Positions 1-12,462 of a stretch of DNA of 64,000 bases are shown piece after piece. Every line of letters starts with the position of its first letter. Positions within the stretch are counted from its first letter, which is position 1. This DNA comes from Macrostomum hystrix (lineage: Eukaryota > Animalia > Platyhelminthes), in the NCBI GenBank assembly GCA_950097015.1, contig CATNEN010000024.1, positions 5,394,001 to 5,458,000 of the forward strand, read 5' to 3'. The translations under genes and the position numbers were made by a program. The notes below the pieces were generated by a model, which was not told where the DNA came from, did no database searches, and saw only the letters and a program-made list of their open reading frames with translations.

Positions 1-2166
1 CTCAGAAAAGATGATACCAAATGGTTTATTTCGTCGTTCAATCGACCCAACCTGCGCTACCAGGTCGAACAGAAGAAGGGCAAGGCCAGTATGGACCAAG
101 TGGTGGAGACTATTAACAAATCTTTCCGCAATCAGAGTGGCATTGTTTACTGCTTGTCGCGCAAGGAATGCGAACAGGTGGCCACGACGCTGTGCCGTTC
201 CGGCATCAAGGCCCGGGCCTACCACGCCGGCTTATCCGACACGAAGCGGCGCGACGTCCTTCAAGACTGGCTTCAGGAGTCCACCTGCAAGGTTGTCTGC
301 GCCACCATCGCATTCGGCATGGGCATAGATAAGGCCGATGTGCGCTTTGTCATTCATTATTCCATGCCGAAATCGATCGAAGGCTTCTACCAGGAGGCCG
401 GCCGAGCCGGACGGGATGGCAAGCCGTCCACCTGCCTGCTGCTGTTCTGCTACTCGGACAAGACCAGGCTGCAGCGCCTTATTGAAGGCGAAACTGGCGG
501 CACCTATGAGACTAGGCAGATCCACTACAGCAATCTGAACAGCATGGTGTCCTACTGCTTAAATGTCACGGATTGTCGGCGCGCCCAACTGTTGACCTAC
601 TTTGGCGAATATTTCGACAAGTCCGACTGCGACGCTATGCGTGGCTGCGCCTGCGACAACTGCGACAACAGGGCTGACTTTGAGCTGCGCGACTTCACTA
701 AACAGGCGTCAACTGTGGTTGAACTGGTGCGCAAACTGCTGGAGGATCGCCGGGTGAAACTGGCCCCCGGCCAGCTGGTTCAGTTCTTCCGTCGCCTGCA
801 GAACAACCGGCTGAGCAGTCTGGACCTCACTAGTCACGCCCTGTACGGCAGCCTGAGCCACATTAGCACGACTGACATGGAGCGGCTGGTGCGAAAGCTC
901 ATCTGCGAGCACTACCTGCAGGAGGAGCTTGTGTCTCAAGGAGAGCACATCTTTACCTACGCTGTGCCGGGGCCACGCGGCGCCCTGCTGCAACAGCCTG
1001 GGCACTGCTTCCAGCTGGCTATCAAGGTTAGGAGACTGGCTTTACTGCTGTGTATATGGGGCAGGGTTGAGCTGAAAGTGCATGGCAGAGCGGTCTTTGC
1101 CTCTCGCACCAAGGTCCCTGAGCTGGATTCCTGTGCGAGGCCAAATTCATTTGGGGTGCAGCCGCGTAGAGAAGGCTTGGGGGCTTGTCGTGCAATTTAC
1201 ACCCTTGAGGGCCAACCTCCAAGGCACAATGAGAGTTTACACTGCCTGACGATGAGAAATTCAGGGCAGATGTACACACCTGTGTGAGCGTGTGCCTGCG
1301 TACAGTATCTGTGTGCGTGTGTGCTCAGGAGTCAGCGAAATGGGCAGAATTTCCTCCTCGCAGGCTGTGGGTCGAATGTCACACATTATTTTTATTAAAG
1401 GTGCTGGCATTGAGTAATGTACTCTTGTGCACCGTCCATTAAAATATTTAATCCTAACTATTACAAAAAAATTTAATTCGCCATTCTGTTTCCACCATCC
1501 CAGGTGTCGAACCGCTCCTCCGCGGCCAAGCTTGATGACAAGAAGCCGCTAGACAAGTACGCCGCAGCCAAGGAGAACTGCTTGAACGAGCTGACAGAAC
1601 TAGCCAAGCAGCTGGCCATGGACAAAGGCGTTAAAAACTACACCAACGTATTCCCAACTGAGTGCCTGCGCGAGATAGCGGAGCGGCTGCCAACCACGGT
1701 GGACGAGCTGCTCACCATCACTGGCATGACTCACGCCAAAGTTGAGAACCTTGGCGCGCACAGGTTCCTAGAGCTGACGCAGGACTATCTGCTGCTAACT
1801 GAGACCATGCGAGCAGAGGAGCGCGAAGCCGAAGAGAAGGCTCGCCGTATGGCTCCGCCAGTCCCTGTGGTCTCATCTAGCGGCGTTGGCAGCTTCGCTA
1901 AATCGTCCAGCGGATCCTCCGGAGCCGGCGGCGGCAATCGATCGAAGTACTTTTCTAGTAAGAAATGGCGTCGAGGTCGAGGTACAGCTAAGCAGCGCGG
2001 CAAGGCGGCGTCTTCCGCGGCTTCAACTTCTGGCGCTAGCAGCAGCGGTCAGAAATGGCTTAGCAAGAAGACAAGCGGGGCGGGCAGCGCTAGCGGCGGT
2101 GGCGGCAAGAAGCCGCAGTTTCTCAACCTGAAGCAGGGTCGAGCTTTTGCTGCAAATAGCAAATGA
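1..2166 (+). CDS. BLM: Bloom syndrome RecQ helicase, 3' part (helicase C-lobe, Zn-binding/RQC, HRDC); join(<1..1026,1504..2166)
   Basis: Frame is open from base 1. RecQ motifs FNRPNLRY, SGIVYCLSRKECE, AYHAGL, ATIAFGMGIDKADVR, SMPKSIEGFYQEAGRAGRDG and Zn motif CRRAQLLTYFGE..CDNC. Phase-0 intron AAG|GTTAGG...CAG|GTG. Exon 2 carries an HRDC-like segment (LREIAERLPTTVDELLTITGMT) and a BLM-like basic, S/G-rich tail. Confidence 0.93.
1078..1395 (+). mobile_element. tRNA-derived SINE, family A (copy in last BLM intron)
   Basis: Degenerate A/B-box head (TGGCAGAGCGG, GCTGGATTCC), body shared with five other copies in the window, ATT-rich tail. Confidence 0.85.
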
Positions 2167-3391
2167 GAGTCTTTGTTTAGCTTACAGTTTAGTCACTCTA
2201 ACTGCATCTATTACTTTTTAGTCTAGTTGTATAATTTGCTTTCAAACCAGGAGCCAATTCAAAAAGATTTTGCTATATGCCAATGCATTTTGGATTTTTC
2301 TTATCGAGTTGTCGAGCCGCAACAACTTATAGGAACAGCTGTGTCAGTAGTATACGCGTAGCTGGACTTGCAGTGCGTGTATAGATTCAGATTTCTGCTT
2401 TCTCTGTCCTTTTTTATTTAACAAACAAGCGGCAATTTTCTTACAATCGGCGTAAACTTTGCATCCTGTTAGATAATAAATTGTGTGGCATTTTTGGTCG
2501 ACCCTAATCGTCGTCCTAACATTTTACAAAGCATTTGGGCAGATATAAGCCACATGAGCTGACTACCTGTATGCTTAATTAGCTTTGCATTTTTACGCTC
2601 TCTTTCAATTTGCTTATTTTGCTTCGTTAATTTTTCAATTATTTAGTATGATCCACATTATGGACCTTGCTCGCATGCTTTCGTAAATCGATAATCGATA
2701 AAAATCGAAATCGATAAAGAAAATGTCTAAATAAAAAATGATGATGCGACAGCATTGTACTCTTATATTCGAAATCTTGAAAAACAAAAGCCATGTTAGA
2801 GTAGTAGCGAATAGTTAATTTTTTTCTAAATTCTGATTCCGTTTGTATTTCCCATTATTTAAAATTGTTGCTAATCAAAACTTTTTTTTCTAAATTCTTT
2901 GCACCAGAACGTCTAATCTGCTTGCTTTTCGGTGTATCGGTGCTTTTGGAACAAGGTTTTTTACTCTATTCGTATTGTTCCTTGAAATATATCTCAAATG
3001 GGCGTATTGCCAATCTTAATAAATTGTGTTATTACTTACAATTAACGGGCTGTAATATAACCTTTGTTTCATTTTTATGCATTTCTATGAGTTCAGCTCA
3101 TGGTCAGTTTAGTGAGTGCTTAGTAAATGATATATTAATCTAAAATCTGACTACAGGTTGCTCAGTATAATAATCTTGCTCAGTGGATACTGGATTAAGG
3201 ACTGGATTATTGATATTCCGATATCTTTTTAATTTACTACTTCGCTCATATTGGAGCTTTGTTGCCGTCATGTAGCGATCCGCCAGAAGCTCAATTCTCG
3301 TGCCGAAGGATACGATTTGTGTCATACGCAAGACACCTTAGTTCCCAATGCTGCATAATAATTAAAGTAAGATTTGCAGGCACATCAGTTT

Positions 3392-3693
3392 TGCGACCCG
3401 CAGCCAGCGAGAAGGCAGTTCCTGCCCACTTCGCTCGCTGACTCCTGAGCACACACGCACACAGATACTGTACGCAGGCACACGCTCACTCAGGTGTGTA
3501 CATCTGCGCTGCCTTTCTCATCGAAAGGCACTGTGTATTTCACTGTGCCTTGGAGGTTGGCCCTCAAGGGCGTAAATTACGCGACAAGCCCCGATTCCTA
3601 TCTCCTCGGCTATGCCCCAATTAATTGTGGCCTCGCCGCGGAATCGAGATCACGGTCATTGTTGCGAGAGGCAGACGCGCGTTAACCCCTTCC
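3392..3693 (-). mobile_element. SINE family A, diverged copy
   Basis: Reverse complement of the family A body (GCTGACTCCTGAGCACACACGCACACAGATACTGTACGCAGGCAC) and head. Confidence 0.8.
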
Positions 3694-4259
3694 CAATGCT
3701 TCATGCAGTTTACCCAGGTGTAAAATGTGTACAAGCATCAGCTGGGTGGATATTAGGGTCGCCATTTCCAGTCCGCAGATTAACCAGCCCCTGGAAGCAC
3801 CCTGTAGTAGCCACTATGCCACTGGCTTTACAACTGACCCTAATTCTTTGGCAAAGTATATTCTATTGGATGCTAAGGTCTTTGAGCAAAGCAGACGTGC
3901 TGTAAGTTGCTAGATTTTTTTATAAAAACTAACAATTACTTTGGTCCTAAGCTAAAGCTTTTGCTTGAAGAGTGGAAAACCTTTACTAATAAGATAGGTA
4001 AGTACAGATTTTATGGATTTTTTTGCTTTTATTCTCATTTCGATCAAATCTTAGTAGCCCATAAAAAAATTTAGTCTTTAAGCTTTTACGCACAAGTAAA
4101 GTTAGCCGGATAATTTTGTACCTGACTAATGAGAGCTGGGTTACGTAACGTATTTTGTTTTTTTTGTTGGCCATTTCCATGCATCCACAGGTACTATATT
4201 TACTACTCGTAGATAGGTCATTAAGGCTCATTTTCGCGTCAAGTTTGTTATTATACTTT

Positions 4260-4880
4260 GTGTTCAGTAGCCATGAGTGAAAATTTTCATTATGACTTGC
4301 CAAAAAAGTTAATCCGAGGTGCGACAGACACAACTGTGGGCTGTACAAAATAGAGTAGAGGCAGTTTATGCTGACGGCAGATAGGCAGTCACGCCAAAGC
4401 AGTAACTTGTACGAGACAGGCTTCACACACGATCATATGGAAGGGCTGGCTGCTGATTTAGTCCTGAACGAGGCCATCGAGTACGTTGCTGGCTACGTAC
4501 TGAAAAGGAGCGGCGTGCTGAACTGCGACGGCTGCAGGAGGGAGCTGACAGCAGCAAGTCCGTCTGCATGGCTGGCAGTTGCGTCTGCCACACGCTGTCG
4601 CCTGGGGCTCTGGACGAGCTCTGCAATATGGAGGCTGCCTTTGTTGCACAGTCGCCCAGTTTCATTGTGCAGCCGCGGGTGGCTGAGCGATTCGCTCCTG
4701 TGTTCGCAGCTGCCGCAGTCGTATTTCCGTGCAGATCACACAGTACATGTGCATCGTTAAATATTCAGGAGCTTTGCACACCTACGACTGCATCACTGGT
4801 GCCACTGTAAGATGAGAAGCTTGCGAGCAGCAGTTAGCAGGAGCGGCGCTCTGCGCAAGCTTCGCAAATTACGATGAGCA
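4260..4880 (+). pseudogene. Frameshifted C-terminal relic of a P-element/THAP9-like transposase
   Basis: EAIEYVAGYVLKRSGVLNCDGCRREL resembles YIAGYV..K..C..C. After frameshifts, RSFAHLRLHHWCHCKMRSLRAAVSRSGALRKLRKLR* resembles the P-transposase C-terminal RLHH..K...RKL.KL. No TIRs found. Confidence 0.55.
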
Positions 4881-6967
4881 CAAATGAGTATAAAAGCAGG
4901 GTATATTTGTTTAAGAATGCCTTTTTATGTATTCGTTTATTTCGAACAAAACTAAGTACCTCAGTTAATCCTGTTGAAAGTTTAAATCCTTTCTGTTCTG
5001 CGTCTTAAATCTTGCAATAATATTCTAATTTCGCGTCACATTTAAAGTTTTCATAAAAAATATGAAAAAATTACACGTTAAAATGCTTGATTTCATGCGC
5101 ATATATTTTACAAAATAAAGTAACACTGTCGATCTTATTTAAAGTTGTGAGCATATTGTCGAGTTTTTGTTCACTACAATCGAGGGAACATTTTTATACT
5201 ACGGCCTATGTTTTACAACAATACAAAAATTTCAACGCTAAATAAAAAAATTCATGTGGAGAAAGACAATACGTTAAAATGTTTTTATTTCTACTGAACA
5301 GAAAGTAGTATAAAAAATACAACTAAAATTTAATTGAGTGGCCTATTTAGTAAATATAGTATCTGTGGTTATTTCTAGCCTGGCCATGCGTTTCGCAAGG
5401 ACTAATAAAAACTACTAAAATGTTTTTAGTAGACCTTGGCGTTTCGTCGAAGCTTTATTTATATTTTAGTTCCTAGTTTGAGTAGACTATACGCGCGTGA
5501 TGTTTTGTTTTTGAAGCGGGAATCCTTCTCTCTCACTGGTAACGTCTTTAACGAAATGTCAGCTGCTTTTCTGGCTTTCAGATAATTTAAAGTGCAAAAT
5601 CTTTCTTATTTAAGTCTATGATTCCGCTCTCTAGGCAAATAAATTTTATGTCTAGGCAATATATATCTTAAAGATTCCAGTTTCCGAAGACCAAGCTCAT
5701 GCTCACCCAAATCTAATTAAATTCGATTGTGAAATTCGATTCACACATTGAGATGTTGGAAAACATGCAAGCAAATATTCCCGAGCATTTTTAGCCAATT
5801 TAGGCCAATATTTTCGACAACTTAAGACCTGTTTTAAGCCTGTGTGTTTAGTAGCTATGACCTATACATTTCATAATATATCTAATTTTTAATTGGTTAG
5901 GCCTTTATGACCTATGTTATATTAGGCTAGCCTACATAGCTTGGCTTCGGCTTAGCTAGGCCTAGCTATAGCTATATGCCTAGCCTAGCCTAGACTAGGC
6001 CCCTATGACTGTTTTATTGAATCCCAATTTATGCTGCCCCTATTTTGGTCCCCAAGCATGTGTTCTCTGCCTATGTTTCTATTGCTCTATTCAATTCAAT
6101 CAATTGTCTATATGGCAATGCATAGCTAGCAGCAGCCAAAAACAGTATGACATTTTAATAGCCATTACATAGATGCAGGGGTAACTATTTTTTGGGAATT
6201 GGATATTGTATTGTGTATAGCTAGCATAGCATGTAGCTAGCACAGTTGGTTGGTCATCATAAACCAAACCAAATTTGTTATATAGATAGTATGCCATATA
6301 TTAGACTATAGGGATAGGGCCTAATATGGCATAGAATAAGCCTAGTATAGGCCCTACTGTAAAAATAACTGCTCCTAGTGTATGATTTGTGTTGCAATGT
6401 GTATTTAGCAATAGCTAGCTAGCTAACTTGATCTTTTGTAGGCCCTATATAACATTTTATCTTGTTCATTACTTGATCATTTCAATTTTTGTTTTCTAAG
6501 CAAAAAGTTAGGCCTAAATATATGATTAAGCTAAAGATTTTTAAAGATTAGTATTGCTTGCTCTACTTGATTGTCTGTAGTTTCACTTAAATCATTTTGT
6601 TAGCTAAGCTTACTAAAATATTTTTTATCATCAGAAAAGTCTAGAAAATGCTTAATATAAGATATGTTTGCTCTTGTTTATTGTTTATAAACAATATTGT
6701 TTGTTGTGAAGTGTAATGTTTTACACCTTACAACCTTATACTTTTAGACCTTAGAAGACCTTAAGCTCTTATAAATGTGTTTTTGTTCACATTTTAGGTT
6801 GTAGCTAGCTAGGTCTAACTTAATTAATTTAAGTATTGGTAACTATAGTGTATTGTTGACTAAGTTTGTCTAACTTGTGTATATCTATTAGGCCCTAGTA
6901 ATATGTTTAGAATATATACATAGGCTAGCTAGGACAGGCAAGTGATAGGCTAAACTATTACTATTAA

Positions 6968-7535
6968 CAGTAGGACTACAAAGACTACAAAGCCACTTTG
7001 TTGCCTATTTTAATACCAAGGGGGAATCCCTTTCCTGAAAAAATTATTGGCAGCGCATGAATGCCAACAGCATTGGGTGGTGACTGATTAGTTGACAGAC
7101 TAGATATTAGTGTACTGTGGTTGAGCTACACCTATTTTGGCTTGATCAGTAAAATTGGAAAAATTAATGTCAGGGTGTCCATAGTGGCCTATTTCCACGG
7201 GTTGTAGCCCTGATGGTCCAGCAAACCCATCTAGATAAAGGTAGGTGACCACCAAAGATGGAGATGATGCAGGCACATTTGGATGACACGCTGAGAAATT
7301 ATGAAGGCCTGGCAAGGCTGCACTCAGGCGCAGTTTTAATTTGTGTATAGGGTCGTATGAAAAACACTAGCTCTTATAAAAAAATCAGACCTTTGGCCAG
7401 AAACATTGAATATCTCAACAGTCTGAAGAGCTAGCGACATGCGCAACAATTAGGTGGCCAATTTTCTTGAGTTTTGTGTGTTTGCATTGTTCCAATTATG
7501 TGCATCACAAAAATTGTCTTGATAGTTTTTTGTTC
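6968..7535 (+). mobile_element. Non-autonomous DNA element, CAGTAG-TIR family (diverged copy of 42289..42824)
   Basis: Starts TTAA-CAGTAGGACTAC; ~500 bp is colinear with 42289..42824. Confidence 0.7.
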
Positions 7536-7799
7536 AATTTATATTTACATGGCTATCTAATTGTAAATTAGAATACTTGTTTCATGCCATATTTCTCAGA
7601 AGCAAAACTTAGTGAGTACCTTACTTATTAGTTATAAACTGATTAAGAGCTAAATGCATCAATTTCAGCCAGTCTCAGTGCAGGTATTGCTGTCCCTGTG
7701 ACATCATACACTGTTAGATCATATAATTCGGCAGTTTTGTTGCGCGTGTGCTGCTTTCTTGGATAAAAAGTTTATTACGAATTTCTAAAAGTCATCATC

Positions 7800-8009
7800 A
7801 TGGCAATGCGCACTCATTTGCGTCAACAGCTGCTCAAAGAGCAGTCTGAGCAGCAGCCTTTTGGCCACGCGTTGTCAGCCTTGTCAGCGAGTGCCAGCAT
7901 CGGCGTTGGACCTTCGGGCTCGTCCGCGTCTGCTAGCGAAGAGCAGCAGACTGGTTTAGCCAGCCTGACCTTCAGCCGGTTGGAAAATCCAACGCCTTAT
8001 CATCTAGCT

Positions 8010-8043
<34 letters not shown>

Positions 8044-10356
8044 TTATTTCGACAGTTCCAGTAGCTTCGGTTGCAGCTGCAGCAAGCCCATCTATAGGAT
8101 TTTCTCCTAAAAAGGATGATTCTCCCAACTCAGATCAGCTGCTTAACGATATGGAGGTAGACTTTGACTTTAGCGGCTTCCTGGCTGACGATATTGATGT
8201 GGCCCACCTGTCGTCCACTGCACCGGTGTGTCTGCTACTTCCTATATATGTAGATTTTGTGAAGCACTAAAAATCTCTTCTTATTCTTATGAGTTGTATT
8301 CGATCATAGAACTCTATGGTTTTTTATTGCGGAAGAGGGCTTCAATTTATTCAGGATCACAGTAGAGGGCTTCAAATGATTCAGGATCACAGTAGAGGAC
8401 TTCAAATGATTCAGGATCACAGTAGAGGACTTCAAATGATTCAGGATCACAGTAGAGGGCTTCAAATGATTCAGGTTCATAGTAGAGGGCTTCAAATGAT
8501 TCAGGATCACAGTAGAGGACTTCAAATGATTCAGGATTACAGTAGAGGACTTCAAATGATTCAGGATCACAGTAGAGGGCTTCAAATGATTCAGGATCAC
8601 AGTAGAGGGCTTCAAATGATTCAGGATCACAGTAGAGGGCTTCAAATGATTCAGGATCACAGTAGAGGACTTCAAATGATTCAGGATTACAGTAGAGGAC
8701 TTCAAATGATTCAGGATCACAGTAGAGGACTTCAAATGATTCAGGATCACAGTAGAGGGCTTCAAATGATTCAGGATCACAGTAGAGGACTTCAAATGAT
8801 TCAGGATCACAGTAGAGGACTTCAAATGATTCAGGATCACAGTAGAGGGCTTCAAATGATTCAGGATCACAGTAGAGGACTTCAAATGATTCAGGATCAC
8901 AGTAGAGGACTTCAAATGATTCAGGATCACAGTAGAGGACTTCAAATGATTCAGGATCACAGTAGAGGACTTCAAATGATTCAGGATCACAGTAGAGGGC
9001 TTCAAATGATTCAGGATTACAGTAGAGGGCTTCAAATGATTCAGGATCACAGTTGCTGGGATAATTAGAAGATTATTGCATCAAGCAGGCTTACTCTCTC
9101 CCGCAGAATCAAGTCCACTTTCCGCTCAGCTCCGGTAAGACTTTTGGTGACTTTCGCAGCATTGGAGAAGGCGATGTCGAGGTGGAAGCGAAGCCTTCAA
9201 CATCTGCGCCCGCCAGCACCCACTTGTTCCTGACTGGCAGCTCTCGTCTGTCAGCTCAACAGTTTCAGCAGCCGTCTATTGTAACTCCGGCTTCTCTAGA
9301 ATCGTCTGACTCCCGCGCCGCTTCTGTAGCCTCTTCGTTAACGGCTGCGTCTAGCGGACAGCAGCAGCAGCAGCAGCAGCCGCGCGATCGCTCTAGGAAG
9401 GATTCGCACAATCGCATCGAGCGGAAACGACGGGAGAATATAAATTATCAGATTGGCGAGCTGGGCGAGATCATACCGAGAGGCTATTTTATCGATGGGT
9501 ACGTGTGGCCAGGCATTCTATTTAGGGTATGAAGGCAGAGTAGTGATAAAGCTCTTGAGGGCCAACCCCCAAGGCCCAGTATGTGTGCGTGTGTGGTCAT
9601 GAGTCAACGGGATATGCAGGATTGCCCATGTGCCCGCAACCCTCTTGAAAATATTATTATGCATTATATTTGCTTTACATAGGGACTTAAAGAAGAACAA
9701 AGGCAACATTCTGAGGGCATCGGTGAATTATATTCGCGAGCTGCAAGCTGAACAGGCGAAACTGTCGGATCGGGTGGCGCAGTCCGAGCTGCGGGCGGAG
9801 AAGCTCGAGCAAATGTCCAGAGCGCTGGCTACTCAGATTCAGGTGGGTATCATTTCTGCGGGGTGCAATCTAACTAAAGTACTAATAAGATGGTGAAGCA
9901 CTTAGCTACGCAACTGAGGGTATGTTACTTATGCCGTTTACCCCATGTCTGTATTGACAGGATGTCCGGGCAATTATTTACGAATTCGCCCCAAATGGAT
10001 TCCAGATTCCTTCTATCGCATTCTATCACTGATCTTCAACATGTCCCTTCGTTCCACTCCTCCGCCTTTTGGCACAGAATATGCAGCAGCGGGTGTCAGA
10101 CAATGGACTTCAATACCAGCAGGTCAACAGCATTGAGGAAGGCGTCTTTAACGGCCTGCTGAACTTCCTGGCCAATCCGCCAGCCGCCCAGGTCAAACCT
10201 GAGCCCCTTCATGTTGTGCAGTCCCTCGAGCAGGACGCTGCAGCCCCGGTGGCGGCAGAGGAAGCGGTCGCCGCTGACGATTGTCTGAGGCTTAGTGAAG
10301 TTGATCCGATGTTTGGATTCTCCGATGCCAATAGTCCGCTGTTCTTCGACCAATGA
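7800..10356 (+). CDS. MITF: MiT/TFE family bHLH-Zip transcription factor; join(7800..8225,9107..9498,9683..9842,10078..10356), ~418 aa
   Basis: N-terminal MRTHLRQQLLKEQ and LENPTPYHL (MiT-specific), basic helix RKDSHNRIERKRRENINYQIGELGEIIP, helix 2 KNKGNILRASVNYIRELQ plus leucine zipper. All three GT-AG introns are phase-consistent (0, 2, 0). Confidence 0.9.
8333..9053. repeat. 30-bp minisatellite (TTCAAATGATTCAGGATCACAGTAGAGGRC), ~24 copies, MITF intron 1
   Basis: Directly visible tandem array. Confidence 0.97.
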
Positions 10357-10610
10357 CAGACTCCCAATTCAGTTGCTGGGATGTGTTTGACAGATTCCCA
10401 ATTCAGTTAATGGAATGTGTTTAACAGATCCCCAATTCGGTTACTGGGATGTGTTTGACAGATCCCCAATTCGGTTACTGGGATGTGTTTGACAGATCCC
10501 CAATTCGGTTACTGGGATGTGTTTGACAGATCCCCAATTCGGTTACTGGGATGTGTTTGACAGATCCCCAATTCGGTTACTGGGATGTGTTTGACAGATC
10601 CCCAATTTAG
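10355..10610. repeat. 34-bp tandem repeat (GACAGATCCCCAATTCGGTTACTGGGATGTGTTT), ~7.5 copies, starting at the MITF stop codon
   Basis: Directly visible; the first unit overlaps the TGA. Confidence 0.95.
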
Positions 10611-11574
10611 TTAGCCAGGTTTTAGTTCTTGAGCAATTACTACTGCCGATGTGTTTATTATCACTCTACTGAAAGTAGGATGTTGCGAAAGAAAGTAAAA
10701 ATCACCACTGCCACCCATATACCTATATAGAATGTTTTCTAACTCACCCAAGCCAATCTCGCTTTGCATATTTTTACAATTGTCAAATTATTTTTTCTAT
10801 ACCAATATCAATCTGCTTTATGTTGATTCAGTAATAATTTGTGTTTTTACGTGTGACAAAGTTTCAGATTTTCTTCGTTAAATATCTTTAACACAGCGAA
10901 ATTATTGTTTAATAAATTATATTATTTTTTTGATGGCGTCAACTATCAACTGTAAATTATTTATTTGCTCAAATGTTTTGGGCTCACACATCGGTTGCTA
11001 CACTGAACATATCTGTTTGTCCTGTATTTCTTTCTATGGCGCTGTTACATATTGTAAATAGTTTACCGATTAGAAAATCATTTCTATTGGTTGTTTTACG
11101 CTCGTATTTATCCAGATGAATCGCTGCCTGGCATTAAGCCAGTACTAGATATATGGCTCTAGTTTAGAACAAACAAGTCTTTGTTGATCTGTCTGTTATT
11201 TAAAAGTACATGGTAGATTAGTGTTGTAGATTATTGCTCGTGATCCTCACGCCTGTACAGACCGCTTGCAGTTTATTTTCCCATCGAGGAGTTATTGTAC
11301 AGAGTGTAAATAGGTTATAGACTGCTATTTCATCTCGTTATAAACAAAGAGTTCAGAATGTTTGTCCGTTTTATTTTTTTGCCGCAAATCTTTCCTGTCT
11401 GCTTTCTGTTGGCTTGTATTAAATTTTTTTGTACGTTTTTTGTTGTTTTTATAAGAGGCTTAACAATATACTGAATGAGATTGACAATTTACAATTATGT
11501 GCCGCGTAAATAACATGCGTCTCTGTTGTGTGGGACCTAGACATGCGCTTCTGGTTTATCATGATTCAAGGCTA

Positions 11575-11890
11575 CGTGAGAGGTTGTAGCCTAGTGGTTA
11601 GGGCGTCGGACTCACGACTTGAAGGTCGGGGGTTCGATCCCCGTCTTCACTTAAACAAATTGTGTTCTTTAGCAAGACACTTAACTCTGCATTGCTTCAG
11701 TTCACCCAGCTGTTTAATGGGTACCAGCATCAGCTGGGATAATTGAAGGTGGGTGTGGCGTCCCCCCAGTCCATGGACTGAACAGCTGTACGCAGTCTTC
11801 AGATGCGCCGCGCAATAGCTGCGGCTGTGCTGTCGGCTGCACATCTGACTCGATTAGGGCAGGTGTAATCAATTATTATTAATTATTACG
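11575..11890 (+). mobile_element. tRNA-derived CORE-like SINE, family B
   Basis: A box TAGCCTAGTGG, B box GGTTCGATCCC, then TTTAGCAAGACACTTAACTCTGCATTGCTTCAGTTCACCCAGCTGTTTAATGGG (resembles the CORE domain), and an ATT tail. Second copy at 20444. Confidence 0.8.
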
Positions 11891-12462
11891 CTCGTATGAT
11901 TCAAATTTATCATTGAAATCATTGACATCGTTCATGACTTTAATAACTTCACATTTACCTTCGCGAAGACATCTTCAAAGATACTAAACCCTAATGTCCA
12001 TAAAGAGAAACATTTATTTAAATTTATTAATTCGAACACTTGCTAAAACTTTTTAAAGAACACGAGTATATTCTCGAGATTTAGCAAGGCATCATTATCA
12101 AGTTAATGTGATTTCTAAGCAACTTTTCAGCTTATTCGTTCTAACAGGCCTGTTCTGCACTGCTACAGACACTGCTACATACAATCTGAAAGGAAGTCAT
12201 TCCATTTATTCCGAGCTGGCTCACTGTGAAGCTCTGTGCTCATTGCTCAAACAAACGGAGATTTTACCCACTCCATGCCTTAATTGATGCAGTAATTACT
12301 TCAGGAAGTCTGCTAGCCTGCACCTAGGCATTGCGCAAATCTGATGATCCGCGTTTTTGCCGATCACACTTCTGTTCTGCTTGAAGCTTTCTGCCTTCCT
12401 TTCACGGATAAATATCTTCCGCTTAACAGACGACCCTTTCCTCTATCTCTTGCCTCCTACCG

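Noticed and set aside
1238-1275. Hammerhead-ribozyme-like core in SINE A (CTGACGA-TGA-GAAA-GTC, with flanking stem-I-like pairing)
   Set aside because: No room for stem II (3 nt) or stem III (1 nt). The core residues are sequestered in a CCTGAC/GTCAGG hairpin, and copies at 1078 and 3392 have lost core bases. A co-transcriptional cleavage assay would settle it.
1027-1287. In-frame continuation of the BLM ORF to 1287
   Set aside because: Read-through into intron and SINE sequence; the true exon ends at AAG|GT 1026 and HRDC follows in the next exon.
8304-9068. 248-250 aa ORFs on both strands
   Set aside because: Artefacts of a stop-free 30-bp intronic repeat; flanking MITF exons splice in phase around it.
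10355-10610. CRISPR-like 34-bp partially palindromic repeats (also the 37-bp array at 15853)
   Set aside because: Units are directly adjacent with no unique spacers, there are no cas genes, and the context is eukaryotic.
11575-11655. tRNA gene-like sequences (also at 20444, 28545..28621, 40270, 49110, 58795..58873)
   Set aside because: A/B boxes are present, but acceptor stems do not pair and most continue into shared SINE bodies; these are SINE heads.
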